A stretch of 38,185 nucleotides of DNA, from the NCBI GenBank assembly GCA_016201285.1, contig JACQDE010000006.1, positions 1-38,185 of the forward strand, read 5' to 3'. The stretch's first letter is position 1; each line of letters opens with the position of its first letter. Of the stretch, positions 25,343 through 34,322 are shown piece after piece. Both the position numbers and the translations under genes were made by a program. The DNA comes from Acidobacteriota bacterium (GTDB taxonomy: Bacteria > Acidobacteriota > Terriglobia > Acidiferrales > UBA7541). Below the pieces are notes generated by a model, which was not told where the DNA came from, did not search any database, and saw only the letters and a program-made list of their open reading frames with translations.

Positions 25343-27547
25343 ATGAAACGCATTCACCAGCTCCTCATCGCCATAGTCATGATTTGTGTGCCCGTCGGAT
25401 CTGTCGCGACGTCCTATGCGCAAAAGGCTGTGAAGCGGAAACCTGCAACAGCACCCGCGGTCGAACCCGCGCTGGCCGCGACCGGCTACACCCTGCGCAA
25501 CGCTGCCGACGAGCTCCGCCTCGAACAGAAGTTCGCGGCCATTCCCTCAGCTTCGGAAGCCAAGCGCCATCACCTATTCTTGACCGCCGAGCCGCATCCG
25601 GCCGGCTCCGCGCGCAATAACCTGCTCGCGCGCCACATCGCCGAGTTGTGGAAGCTCCAGGGCTGGGAGGACGTCGTGATCCATCGCTACGACGTGCTGC
25701 AGTCCTCGCCGCGCGAAGTCGCCCTCGAAATGGTCGCGCCGGTGGCCTACAAGGCCGCCCTCCGCGAGGACGAATACGATTTCGACACCGACACGAAGAA
25801 CGCGCATGTCAGCGGCGCCTATCTCGGCTTCTCCGCATCCGGCGAAGTCACTGCGCCGGTCGTCTACGCCAACAGTGGCAGCCCGCAGGACTACGACCTG
25901 CTCCGCAAGAACGGAATTGACGTGAAGGGCAAGATCGTCCTGGTGCGCTACTCGAATCCGTACAGCTATCGCGGCTTCAAGGCACTCACCGCGCAGCGCG
26001 AAGGCGCCGCTGCGATCCTCATCTACTCCGATCCCGCCGAGGACGGCTACAAGCGCGGCAAAGTCTATCCCAACGGCCCGTGGGGTCCGGAGAGCCATAT
26101 CCAGCGCGGCGCCATCACCTACGACTTCATCGTGCCCGGCGATCCGCTCACGCCCGGCTGGGCCTCGCTCCCCGACGCCAAGCGCATCCCCGTCGAAGAA
26201 GCGCAGTCCGTTCCGAAGATCATCGCGATTCCGCTTTCTTGGCGCGACGCGAAGCCCTTGCTCGCAAACATGGACGGCCCGCTCGCCCCGCCCGCGTGGC
26301 AGGGCGGCCTGCCGATCAAGTACCGGCTCGGCGGCTCCGCTGTGCGCGTTCGCTTGAAAGCGGACATGGACACCAGCGTCGTGCCCAACTACGTCGTCGA
26401 AGGCCGCATCCGCGGCGCCGAACTCCCCGACGAATGGATCGTGCTCGGCAATCACCGCGATGCCTGGGTTTTCGGCGGCGTGGACCCTTCCAGCGGCACC
26501 GCCTCGCAGCTCGAACTCACCCGCGCTCTCGGCGAGCTGAAGAACCGGGGCATCCGACCCCGCCGCACCATCGTCATGTGCAGTTGGGACGGCGAAGAAT
26601 ACGGCCTCACCGGCTCTACCGAATGGGGCGAGCATTTCCAGGACGAGCTGCGCAGGAAGGGCGTGGCCTACATCAACGTGGACTCCTCCGCCTCCGGCCC
26701 GAACTTCGAGCCCTCCTCCGTGCCCTCGCTCGCGCCGTTGCTCGTCGAGATCAGCAGGACGCTCAGCGATCCCTCCGGCAAATCGCTCTACGCCGCCTGG
26801 CGCGAGACCGTGCGCAAGACCAAGAAGAAAGCCGCGGTCACTGATGCGGAGCTCGTGAATCCGAAAATTGGCAGCGGCTCCGACCACACTGTCTTCCTGA
26901 ACCACGTCGGCATGTCCAGCGTGCTGCTCGACTTCAACGGCCCCTACGGCGTCTATCATTCCGTCTATGACAATCATTTCTGGATGAACAAATTCGGCGA
27001 TCCCGGCTTCAAGTACCACGCGCTGATGTCCCAGTTCTGGGGCGTGCTGGCGCTGCGCCTGGCCAACGCCGATATCCTGCCGTTTGATTTCGCCTCCTAC
27101 GCGTCGAGTCTCCGCGACTTTGTGCAGGAGCTCAACAAGGGCGCGAACGCAAAAACCGAGGTGGACCTCAAGCCGCTGCTCGCGCGCATCGCCGAGTTCG
27201 AAGCCGCGGCACGCGAGCTCAACGCGACTGCGCAGCGCGTGCTCTCTCAGCCCAAGCCGGACGCCGCCGCCCTCGCCCGCCTGAACGCGCAACTCCTGCA
27301 GGTCGAGCGCAACTGGCTCCACGAGCCCGGCATCCCCGGAAGGGAGTGGTTCAAGCACCTGCTCTACGCCGCGCGCTACACCTACGCGCACCTCGAACTT
27401 CCCGGGCTCACCGAAGCGATGGAAGCGGGGAAGCGGGACGTCGCGAAGGACCAGGCGCGCATCCTTGAAGAGGCTGTGGCAAAAAACACCGCTTTGCTCC
27501 GCGGCGCCCGCGCCGGCATCGAAGCGCTTGCAACCAATAGCCGCTGA
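25343..27547 (+). CDS. Secreted M28 family peptidase with PA and TfR-like dimerisation domains (PSMA / glutamate carboxypeptidase II-like)
   Basis: Signal peptide. Architecture of protease-associated domain, M28 zinc site (HRDAW, DGEEYGLTGS, GSGSDH) and a C-terminal helical dimerisation domain. AGGGGA RBS. Confidence 0.8.
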   Translation: MKRIHQLLIAIVMICVPVGSVATSYAQKAVKRKPATAPAVEPALAATGYTLRNAADELRLEQKFAAIPSASEAKRHHLFLTAEPHPAGSARNNLLARHIAELWKLQGWEDVVIHRYDVLQSSPREVALEMVAPVAYKAALREDEYDFDTDTKNAHVSGAYLGFSASGEVTAPVVYANSGSPQDYDLLRKNGIDVKGKIVLVRYSNPYSYRGFKALTAQREGAAAILIYSDPAEDGYKRGKVYPNGPWGPESHIQRGAITYDFIVPGDPLTPGWASLPDAKRIPVEEAQSVPKIIAIPLSWRDAKPLLANMDGPLAPPAWQGGLPIKYRLGGSAVRVRLKADMDTSVVPNYVVEGRIRGAELPDEWIVLGNHRDAWVFGGVDPSSGTASQLELTRALGELKNRGIRPRRTIVMCSWDGEEYGLTGSTEWGEHFQDELRRKGVAYINVDSSASGPNFEPSSVPSLAPLLVEISRTLSDPSGKSLYAAWRETVRKTKKKAAVTDAELVNPKIGSGSDHTVFLNHVGMSSVLLDFNGPYGVYHSVYDNHFWMNKFGDPGFKYHALMSQFWGVLALRLANADILPFDFASYASSLRDFVQELNKGANAKTEVDLKPLLARIAEFEAAARELNATAQRVLSQPKPDAAALARLNAQLLQVERNWLHEPGIPGREWFKHLLYAARYTYAHLELPGLTEAMEAGKRDVAKDQARILEEAVAKNTALLRGARAGIEALATNSR

Positions 27548-27562
27548 TTTTCAGGTGAACCA

Positions 27563-28558
27563 ATGAAACGAATCGTCTGGAGTCTTGCCCTCATTCTCGC
27601 TGCGCTGTTCGCGCCGCCCGCTGCAGCGGGCGACACGAAGAAGCTCGAACACGAACTCGCGCGCATCCGCGGAAAATTCCCCGGCGAGATGGCCGTGTAC
27701 ATGAAGAACCTCTCGACCGGCGAGAAGATCGCGCTCGACGCCGACCGCGTCTATGAAACCTTCAGCATCATCAAGGTGCCCATCATGGCCGAGGTGCTGC
27801 GCCAGGCCGAAGCCGGGAAGTTTTCCCTCTCCGACCGCGTCGAGCTCAAGGCCGCCGACGCCCGCTGGCCCTCCGGCGTGCTCTACACGATGGACCCGGG
27901 CCTCCAACCCACGATTCGCGACCTGCTCACGCTGATGATCATCATCAGCGACAACGCCGCCACCGATCTCCTCGCCGACAAGGTCGGCCGCGCCAACGTT
28001 ACTCAATTCATGCGCTCGCTCGGCCTCCCGAAAACCACCATCGAATTCTCCGACGTAGATTGGGACCGCACGTGGCTCGGCACGCTCGACCCGCGCTTCC
28101 GCAGCGCGTCCAGCGAAGAAGTGATGAAGTTTCCCTTCGGCAAGTACACCGACGCGCAGGTGCGCGAGGCCTTCCGCAAAACCATCTACGAGAGCAACAT
28201 CTATTTCGGCCACAGCACCGCGCGCGAGATGGGCAAGGTGTTCGAGCTGATGGCGAAGGGTGAGCTGGTCTCGAAGGCGGCCAGCGAGCTAATGCTCTCC
28301 ATTCTGCGCAAGCAGCAGGTCAACAACCGCTTCCCGCGCTACTTGCGCGACGTGGACATCGCCCACAAGACCGGCGACGGCCAGCCCTTCATCGCCAACG
28401 ATGCCGGCGTCCTCTGGGTGAAGGACCAGCCCATCGTGCTCGTGGTCTTCACCGGCCGCCACCGTGCCGAGACTTCGGCGCTGCACGACGCCGTTGCGCG
28501 CGTCGCCGCACTCGTCGCCCGTCACTACGGCGCCGCTCTGGCCCCTGATTTTCGCTAA
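27563..28558 (+). CDS. Class A beta-lactamase-fold serine hydrolase (secreted)
   Basis: Signal peptide. SxxK (FSIIK), SDN (IISDNAA) and KTG (HKTGDG) motifs. Lies 15 nt after the M28 stop with an AGGTGA RBS, so probably co-transcribed. Confidence 0.7.
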   Translation: MKRIVWSLALILAALFAPPAAAGDTKKLEHELARIRGKFPGEMAVYMKNLSTGEKIALDADRVYETFSIIKVPIMAEVLRQAEAGKFSLSDRVELKAADARWPSGVLYTMDPGLQPTIRDLLTLMIIISDNAATDLLADKVGRANVTQFMRSLGLPKTTIEFSDVDWDRTWLGTLDPRFRSASSEEVMKFPFGKYTDAQVREAFRKTIYESNIYFGHSTAREMGKVFELMAKGELVSKAASELMLSILRKQQVNNRFPRYLRDVDIAHKTGDGQPFIANDAGVLWVKDQPIVLVVFTGRHRAETSALHDAVARVAALVARHYGAALAPDFR

Positions 28559-28559
28559 T

Positions 28560-30386
28560 TTATTTTTCCAGGTGGTAGGGCACGCTGGTCACCACGATAT
28601 TTTTCCGGAACAGCAGCGCGCCTTTCAGCAGCAGGCTGGTCTGGTTGTGGAACAGGTTGTGCCACCACCGCGCCGGCACGATCTCCGGCAGCAGCACCGT
28701 GAGCTTGTCGTCCGACCGCAGGTCCTCCACCTCGTCAATAAACCGCAGCAGCGGCTTCACCACCGAGCGGTAGGGTGACTCCAGAATCACCAGGTCCACG
28801 TCATCAATGTGTTTCTTCCACGTCTTGCGAATCTCCTCGTGGTCGTGGCTGTCGGTGTTGATCGTCACCGCCAGCACGTCCTTCGACACCGACTTCGCGT
28901 ATTCCACCGCCGTGAGCACCACCCGGCTCGGGAACGGTGCCACCGGCACGATCACCGTGTGCCGCGCCACCTGCGGCCGGTCGAAATCGGAAAGCGAGAT
29001 CTGCACGCTGAGCTTGAAATAGTGCTCCCGCGTCTTGCGGAACACCGTCACCAGCAATGCGATGGCCAGCATCACCACCCATGCCCCGTGCTTGAACTTG
29101 ATGATCGCCACCACGCCGAGCACCACCGTCGTGGTCACCGCGCCCACCCCGTTCACTGCCATGCGCCACTGGTAGCCGGGTGCTCGCGTGCGCAGCCAGT
29201 GCACCACCATCCCCGCCTGCGAGAGCGTGAACGAGACGAATACGCCCACCATGTACAGCGGGATCAGCGCATGTACATCGCCCCGGAAGATGATGATCAG
29301 CACGCTCGCCGACAGCGACAGCAGAATCACTCCGTTCGAGAACACCAGGCGGTCGCCCAGGTTCGCCAACTGCCGCGGCGCGAAGCGGTCCTTGGCCAGA
29401 ATCGAGGACAGCCGCGGGAAATCGGCGAAGCTGGTGTTGGCGGCCAGGATCAGGATGCCCATCGTGGTGGCCTGGATGAAGTAATAGATCGCCCCGCGGC
29501 CGAACACCGCCTGGTTAATCTGCGAGAGGACGGTCTCCCCCTCGCGCGGAACGATTCCGTAGGAGCGGGACAATATCGTGACGCCCAGGAACATCGTGCC
29601 CAGGATTCCGGCCATCCAGAGCAGCGTGATGGAGGCGTTCCGCGAGACCGGCTTCTTGAACGCCTGCACGCCGTTGGAGATGGCTTCCACGCCGGTCAGC
29701 GCCGTGCATCCGGCCGCGAACGCTCGCAGGAACAGCCACGTGGTTCCCATCTCCGGGACGGCCGGCGCCACCGCGGGCGGCGCGGCCGCCGGCTGTACCC
29801 CGTAGAAAAATATGCGGAAGAACCCGCCCGCGATCAGCAGGAAGGCCGAAACGATGAACGCATACACCGGCACGCCGAACACGGCCGCCGATTCGCGCAC
29901 GCCGCGCAGGTTGGCCAACAGGATGATGTAGATGGCCACTAGGCAGAGGAACTCGCGGTGCTGGAGCAGATTTGGAAACGCCGACGTCACGGCAGCGATG
30001 CCCGCAGCCACGCTCACCGCCACCGTCAGCACGTAGTCAATCAACAGCGCTGCCGCGGCCACCAGACCGGGCGTCACTCCCAGGTTTTCTTTGGCCACAA
30101 TGTACGCGCCGCCGCCGCTCGGGTAGGCGTGGATCGTCTGGCTGTAGGACGTGGTCACAATCGCCAGCAGCGCGGCGATGCAGATCGCCACCGGCAGCGA
30201 CAGATAGAAAAACGCCGCCCCGGCCGCCACCAGCGCCAGCAACACTTCTTCCGTGGCGTACGCCGTCGAGGAAAGCGCGTCCGACGCAAACACCGCCAGC
30301 GCCGCTCTCTTCGAGAGCCGCTGCTCGTGCAGCTCCGCCGTCCGCAGCGGCGAGCCGAGGAACATTCGTTTGAGGGAAAAGGGCAT
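28560..30386 (-). CDS. APC-superfamily transporter with C-terminal cytoplasmic domain (KimA-like K+ or amino-acid transporter)
   Basis: N-terminus LSKRAALAVFASDALSSTAYATEE...YPSGGGAYIVAKENLG...LIDYVLTVAVS resembles the KimA/YdaO-type APC family as remembered. Twelve TM helices plus a ~150-aa tail. Its stop codon is 1 nt from the beta-lactamase-like stop (convergent). Confidence 0.6.
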   Translation of the reverse strand: MPFSLKRMFLGSPLRTAELHEQRLSKRAALAVFASDALSSTAYATEEVLLALVAAGAAFFYLSLPVAICIAALLAIVTTSYSQTIHAYPSGGGAYIVAKENLGVTPGLVAAAALLIDYVLTVAVSVAAGIAAVTSAFPNLLQHREFLCLVAIYIILLANLRGVRESAAVFGVPVYAFIVSAFLLIAGGFFRIFFYGVQPAAAPPAVAPAVPEMGTTWLFLRAFAAGCTALTGVEAISNGVQAFKKPVSRNASITLLWMAGILGTMFLGVTILSRSYGIVPREGETVLSQINQAVFGRGAIYYFIQATTMGILILAANTSFADFPRLSSILAKDRFAPRQLANLGDRLVFSNGVILLSLSASVLIIIFRGDVHALIPLYMVGVFVSFTLSQAGMVVHWLRTRAPGYQWRMAVNGVGAVTTTVVLGVVAIIKFKHGAWVVMLAIALLVTVFRKTREHYFKLSVQISLSDFDRPQVARHTVIVPVAPFPSRVVLTAVEYAKSVSKDVLAVTINTDSHDHEEIRKTWKKHIDDVDLVILESPYRSVVKPLLRFIDEVEDLRSDDKLTVLLPEIVPARWWHNLFHNQTSLLLKGALLFRKNIVVTSVPYHLEK

Positions 30387-30539
30387 TCCTTCTGCACCTT
30401 ATTACGGACTGGCAGGCAGAATCTTTCAATCCTGCCGGGCCGCCAGAAAGAGTACAGCGATTTCCCGCTTCGCGCCAATCGAAAGACCCTGCCGGTTGCT
30501 TCGAATCGAGAAACCCGCCATCCTGCTGCTCGTCGCCGC

Positions 30540-30568
30540 TTGTCGCGCCTGCCAAGCGCGGATAGAAT
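30540..30568 (+). promoter_or_regulatory. Promoter-like TTGTCG-N17-TAGAAT upstream of the PHP gene
   Basis: 17-nt spacer, 54 nt upstream of ATG 30622. Confidence 0.35.
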
Positions 30569-30621
30569 CGCCAGACCCTTGCGGCTCTGATTTGCACGGA
30601 CCGTCTGGGGGAGGCTCCACG

Positions 30622-31602
30622 ATGCGGCGAAGTTTGTTTTGCTTCTTGGCAATGCTTTTGTCGGCGCACGCCGCCGCAGCGCAGGCGCGGTGGTTCCGCG
30701 GCAATACGCACACCCATACCATCAACTCCGACGGCGATTCCGCGCCGGACACCGTCGTGCGCTGGTACCGCGAACACCATTACCATTTCGTCGTGCTCTC
30801 CGACCACGATTCGCTCACGCCCGTGGACGGCCTCAACGCCGTCTTTGCCGCGCCTGGGAAATTCCTCGTTCTGCCGGGCGAGGAGGTCACCGACCGCTTT
30901 GAAGGTGCCCCCGTGCACTTGATTGGCATTGGCGTGCGCGAAGCCGTGCCTCCTCAAGGCGGCACGGCCATTCCGGAAATCCTCACCCGCGATGCCCGCG
31001 CCGTCCGCGCCGCTGGCGGCGTCCCGCACATCAATCATCCAAATTTCGGCTGGGCCCTCACCGCCGGACAGATTGCCGCCTCCGGCGCGCGCCACTTCGA
31101 AATCTGGAACGGCCATCCGCTCATCAATAACCACGGCGGCGGTGGCTCGCCCTCCGCCGAGGAAATCTGGGACAAGGTTCTTTCGGCCGGCCGCGTGATC
31201 TTCGGTGTCGCCACCGACGACGCCCACCACTTTTCCGGTGAGTTTTCCGCGGCGCAAGCAAATCCTGGCCGCGGCTGGATCATGGTCCGCGCAACGGATC
31301 TTTCCGCCGCGGCCCTCCTCGCCGCCTTCGATCGCGGCGACTTCTACTCCAGCACCGGCGTCGAGCTGAAAAGCTACGAAGTGAGCGACCGCGAGATCCG
31401 CATCGAGCTGCCGCGCGAAATAGGTTACACCGCCCCGCGCTACCGCACTTTTTTCATTGGCAAAGACGGCGCTGTCCTCAAGCAGGATAATTCGTTCGCG
31501 CCTTCCTACCAATTTCAGGGCACCGAGCTCTACGTTCGCGCGCGCATCGAGTCGTCCAACGGCGCGATCGCCTGGACGCAGCCGGTGTTTCCGAAGAAGT
31601 AG
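30622..31602 (+). CDS. Secreted PHP-domain metallohydrolase (CehA/McbA-like)
   Basis: Signal peptide. GNTHTHTINSDG and LSDHD metal-binding motifs of the PHP fold. GGGGAGG RBS. Confidence 0.65.
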   Translation: MRRSLFCFLAMLLSAHAAAAQARWFRGNTHTHTINSDGDSAPDTVVRWYREHHYHFVVLSDHDSLTPVDGLNAVFAAPGKFLVLPGEEVTDRFEGAPVHLIGIGVREAVPPQGGTAIPEILTRDARAVRAAGGVPHINHPNFGWALTAGQIAASGARHFEIWNGHPLINNHGGGGSPSAEEIWDKVLSAGRVIFGVATDDAHHFSGEFSAAQANPGRGWIMVRATDLSAAALLAAFDRGDFYSSTGVELKSYEVSDREIRIELPREIGYTAPRYRTFFIGKDGAVLKQDNSFAPSYQFQGTELYVRARIESSNGAIAWTQPVFPKK

Positions 31603-31610
31603 CCACAGAG

Positions 31611-31650
31611 GCGTAGAGAATCGAAAATAGAAAATAGAAAAGAGAAAACT
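31611..31650. repeat. Purine/A-rich heptad tract (AAAATAG AAAATAG AAAAGAG AAAACTC) preceded by TAGAGAATCG, immediately upstream of the S58 start
   Basis: Read directly. It is the only long A-tract in the window and replaces a canonical SD. Confidence 0.5.
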
Positions 31651-31652
31651 CG

Positions 31653-32840
31653 ATGAGAGCCAGATTTCTGCGCGATTCGATTCTGCTGATGTTGTCATGC
31701 GGAACAATCTTGCTGCCGGCGTTCGCCCAGCAAAAACCGCGGGCGCGCGATCTCGGCGTGCCCTTCGACGGCGCCCCCGGCCCGCTCAACGCCATCACCG
31801 ACGTGCAGGGCATCGAAGTCGGCCACAGCACGATCATCTCTGGGGAAGGGAAGCTGGTGGCCGGCAAAGGCCCCGTGCGCACCGGCGTCACCGCCATTCT
31901 TCCGCGCGGCAAGCGTCCGGACAGCTTCGTCTTTGCGGGCTGGTTCTCGCTCAACGGCAACGGCGAAATGACCGGCACCACCTGGGTCGAGGAGTCCGGC
32001 TTCCTCGAAGGCCCGGTGATGATCACCAACACGCACAGCGTCGGCGTCGTGCGCGACGCCGTGATTTCCTGGCGCGTGAAGAAGGCGCCTGCCGACCAGA
32101 CCGGCTACTGGTGGTCGCTGCCCGTTGTGGCGGAGACGTACGACGGCTTTCTGAACGACGTCAACGGCTTCCACGTGAAAGAACAGCACGCTTGGGAGGC
32201 CATCGACACCGCGAAGCCCGGCCCGGTCACCGAAGGCAGCGTGGGCGGCGGCACCGGAATGGTCTGCAACGGCTTCAAGGGCGGCATCGGCACGGCCTCG
32301 CGCCTGCTCGACACAAAACTCGGCGGCTACACCGTCGGCGTGCTCGTCCAATGCAACTACGGCCGCCGCGCGCAGCTCCGCGTCGCCGGCGTTCCCGTCG
32401 GCCGGGAAATCAGCGAAGACGTCCCATATTCGCAATTGAACGCGCCACAGCGCGACGAAGCCGGCTCGATCATCATCGTCATCGCCACCGACGCCCCCCT
32501 GCTCCCTCACCAGCTCAAGCGCCTCGCCCGCCGCGCAGCCATGGGCCTCGCCCGCAACGGCAGCATCGCCGGCAACGGTTCCGGCGACATCTTCATCGCC
32601 TTTTCCACCGCCAATCCCGGCGCTGCCGAGGAAGAGAAAGGCCCCGTGAATCTGTCCATGTTGCCCAACGAAAAAATGAACCCGCTCTTCGAAGCGACGA
32701 TTCAGGCCACCGAAGAGGCCATCATCAACGCCATGGTCGCCGCGGAAACCATGACCGGCGCCGACAACCACAAGGTCATCGCCCTGCCCCACAACCGCCT
32801 CCGCGATGTCTTGAAAAAGTACAACCGCCTGGCCAAATGA
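31653..32840 (+). CDS. S58/P1 family aminopeptidase (DmpA-like, self-processing Ntn hydrolase)
   Basis: Signal peptide. N-terminal DLGVPFDGAPGPLNAITDVQGIEVGHSTI...VAGKGPVRTGVTAI is characteristic of DmpA. Predicted Gly|Ser autoprocessing site at TEGSVGGG. Confidence 0.8.
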   Translation: MRARFLRDSILLMLSCGTILLPAFAQQKPRARDLGVPFDGAPGPLNAITDVQGIEVGHSTIISGEGKLVAGKGPVRTGVTAILPRGKRPDSFVFAGWFSLNGNGEMTGTTWVEESGFLEGPVMITNTHSVGVVRDAVISWRVKKAPADQTGYWWSLPVVAETYDGFLNDVNGFHVKEQHAWEAIDTAKPGPVTEGSVGGGTGMVCNGFKGGIGTASRLLDTKLGGYTVGVLVQCNYGRRAQLRVAGVPVGREISEDVPYSQLNAPQRDEAGSIIIVIATDAPLLPHQLKRLARRAAMGLARNGSIAGNGSGDIFIAFSTANPGAAEEEKGPVNLSMLPNEKMNPLFEATIQATEEAIINAMVAAETMTGADNHKVIALPHNRLRDVLKKYNRLAK

Positions 32841-34288
32841 GCGCCACCTTATTTCGCAGAGCATTACTTCCCATCGTGCTGCTGGTGGTGCTGGCGGCGT
32901 TCCTTTTCTGGAAGAGTCTCCCGCCAAGCAATGCGGTTCTTGTTCTTACTCACGTGACGGTAGTTGACGCCACCGGCGCGCCGCCCAAGCCGGACATGAC
33001 GGTGGTGATCCACGATGGTCGCATTGTTACAGTGGGTCCGAGCGCCACAGCGGAAGTTCCCGCGGACGCAAAGCTCGTGAATGCCGCCGGACAGTTCCTC
33101 ATCCCCGGTCTCTGGGACATGCACGTGCACCTCAGCGCCGCGGGCGAGCCGCAGGGCAGCCGAGAATTTTTTCTTCCCCTTTTGCTGGCCAACGGCATCA
33201 CCGGCGTGCGCGATATGGGCGGCTATCTGGATTCCCTCGTGCCGCTGCGCACGGAAATTGCGAGTGGTAAACGCCTCGGCCCGCGCATTGTCTTCGCCGG
33301 GCCGTACGTGGATGGACCCGAGCCCGGCTTTCAGCCCTCGATCGCGGTGAGCACGGAGGAGAAAGCCAGAAACGCGGTGCGGCGGCTGAAGCAGGAGGGC
33401 GTGGACTTCATCAAGGTGCAGTCGCGGCTGCCCCGCGGTGCCTTTTTCGCTCTGGCAGACGAAGCGCGCCGCAACAGAATTCCTTTTGCCGGGCACGTGC
33501 CGGAGACAGTGACTGCGGAAGAAGCATCAGCAGCCGGACAGCGCAGCCTGGAACACTTGACGCCCGTCTTTCTGAATTGCGTCGAGGAGAATACGCCGCC
33601 CGGCGCTGCCCGCACAGATGGAAGCGAAGCTGCACACACCCGCGCCCTGCTCGCCGGATTCCGCGAGGAGAAGGCCGCATCGCTCGGCGCGGTTTTTCGC
33701 AAGAACGATACCTGGCAAGTCCCGACGCTGGCCTTGCTGAGCCGGTTCACGTTCTTGGCTGATCCCCTCGCCGGTGATCTGCAAACTCAGCAAGGCCATC
33801 CGTGGCAGCAAGTCCCGTCCTCGCTTCGCGAGCGCTGGGCAAAGGCCCTCCAGGGAAGGTTTGCCGGTTACAGCGGGGAGGACTTGCAGTCTCGCCGCGC
33901 GCTCTTGGAAAAACATCTTGAACTGGTGCGCACGATGCACCGCGCCGGTGTGAAGTTTCTCGCCGGCACCGACAGCCCCGCGCCCGATCTGGTGCCCGGC
34001 TACAGCCTGCATGGAGAGCTGCGGATGTTGGTGGATGCAGGACTCACTCCGATGGAAGCCCTGCAAGCGGCGACACGCAATCCGGCGGAATTTCTCGGCC
34101 AGTCGGATTCCTTCGGCACGGTTGAACGGAGGAAGACAGCCGACCTGGTGCTGCTGGAAGCCAATCCGCTCGAAAGCATCAGCAACACGCGGAAGATTTT
34201 TGCCGTGATCGTCCGCGGGAAATACCTCTCCCGCGCCGATCTCCGGCTGTTGCTGGCCGGCGCGCAGAGCTTCGCAGCGAAACACTGA
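32837..34288 (+). CDS. Amidohydrolase-family metal-dependent hydrolase (secreted or anchored)
   Basis: ATG overlaps the DmpA stop (ATGA), indicating translational coupling. N-terminal TM/signal segment. The H-x-H motif (DMHVHL) and distal His/Asp residues fit the amidohydrolase superfamily. The track merges it into a longer ORF starting at 31697. Confidence 0.75.
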   Translation: MSATLFRRALLPIVLLVVLAAFLFWKSLPPSNAVLVLTHVTVVDATGAPPKPDMTVVIHDGRIVTVGPSATAEVPADAKLVNAAGQFLIPGLWDMHVHLSAAGEPQGSREFFLPLLLANGITGVRDMGGYLDSLVPLRTEIASGKRLGPRIVFAGPYVDGPEPGFQPSIAVSTEEKARNAVRRLKQEGVDFIKVQSRLPRGAFFALADEARRNRIPFAGHVPETVTAEEASAAGQRSLEHLTPVFLNCVEENTPPGAARTDGSEAAHTRALLAGFREEKAASLGAVFRKNDTWQVPTLALLSRFTFLADPLAGDLQTQQGHPWQQVPSSLRERWAKALQGRFAGYSGEDLQSRRALLEKHLELVRTMHRAGVKFLAGTDSPAPDLVPGYSLHGELRMLVDAGLTPMEALQAATRNPAEFLGQSDSFGTVERRKTADLVLLEANPLESISNTRKIFAVIVRGKYLSRADLRLLLAGAQSFAAKH

Positions 34289-34322
34289 CAAGCGAAACGT
34301 CTGGGGCGGAGTAAATCCGCCG

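Noticed and set aside
25574-27391. 605-aa ORF antisense to the M28 peptidase, plus 26080..26844
   Set aside because: The sense strand encodes a recognisable PA-M28-TfR architecture.
28809-31707. Antisense ORFs 28809..29942 (+) and 30037..31707 (-) opposite the KimA-like and PHP genes
   Set aside because: No motifs, low-complexity composition. The opposite strands carry recognisable genes with RBSs.
31695-34291. 410-aa and 254-aa antisense ORFs, and the 863-aa merged (+) ORF 31697..34288
   Set aside because: The 863-aa ORF is an out-of-frame read-through of the DmpA gene region fused to the amidohydrolase frame. The true amidohydrolase start is the ATG at 32837 overlapping the DmpA stop.
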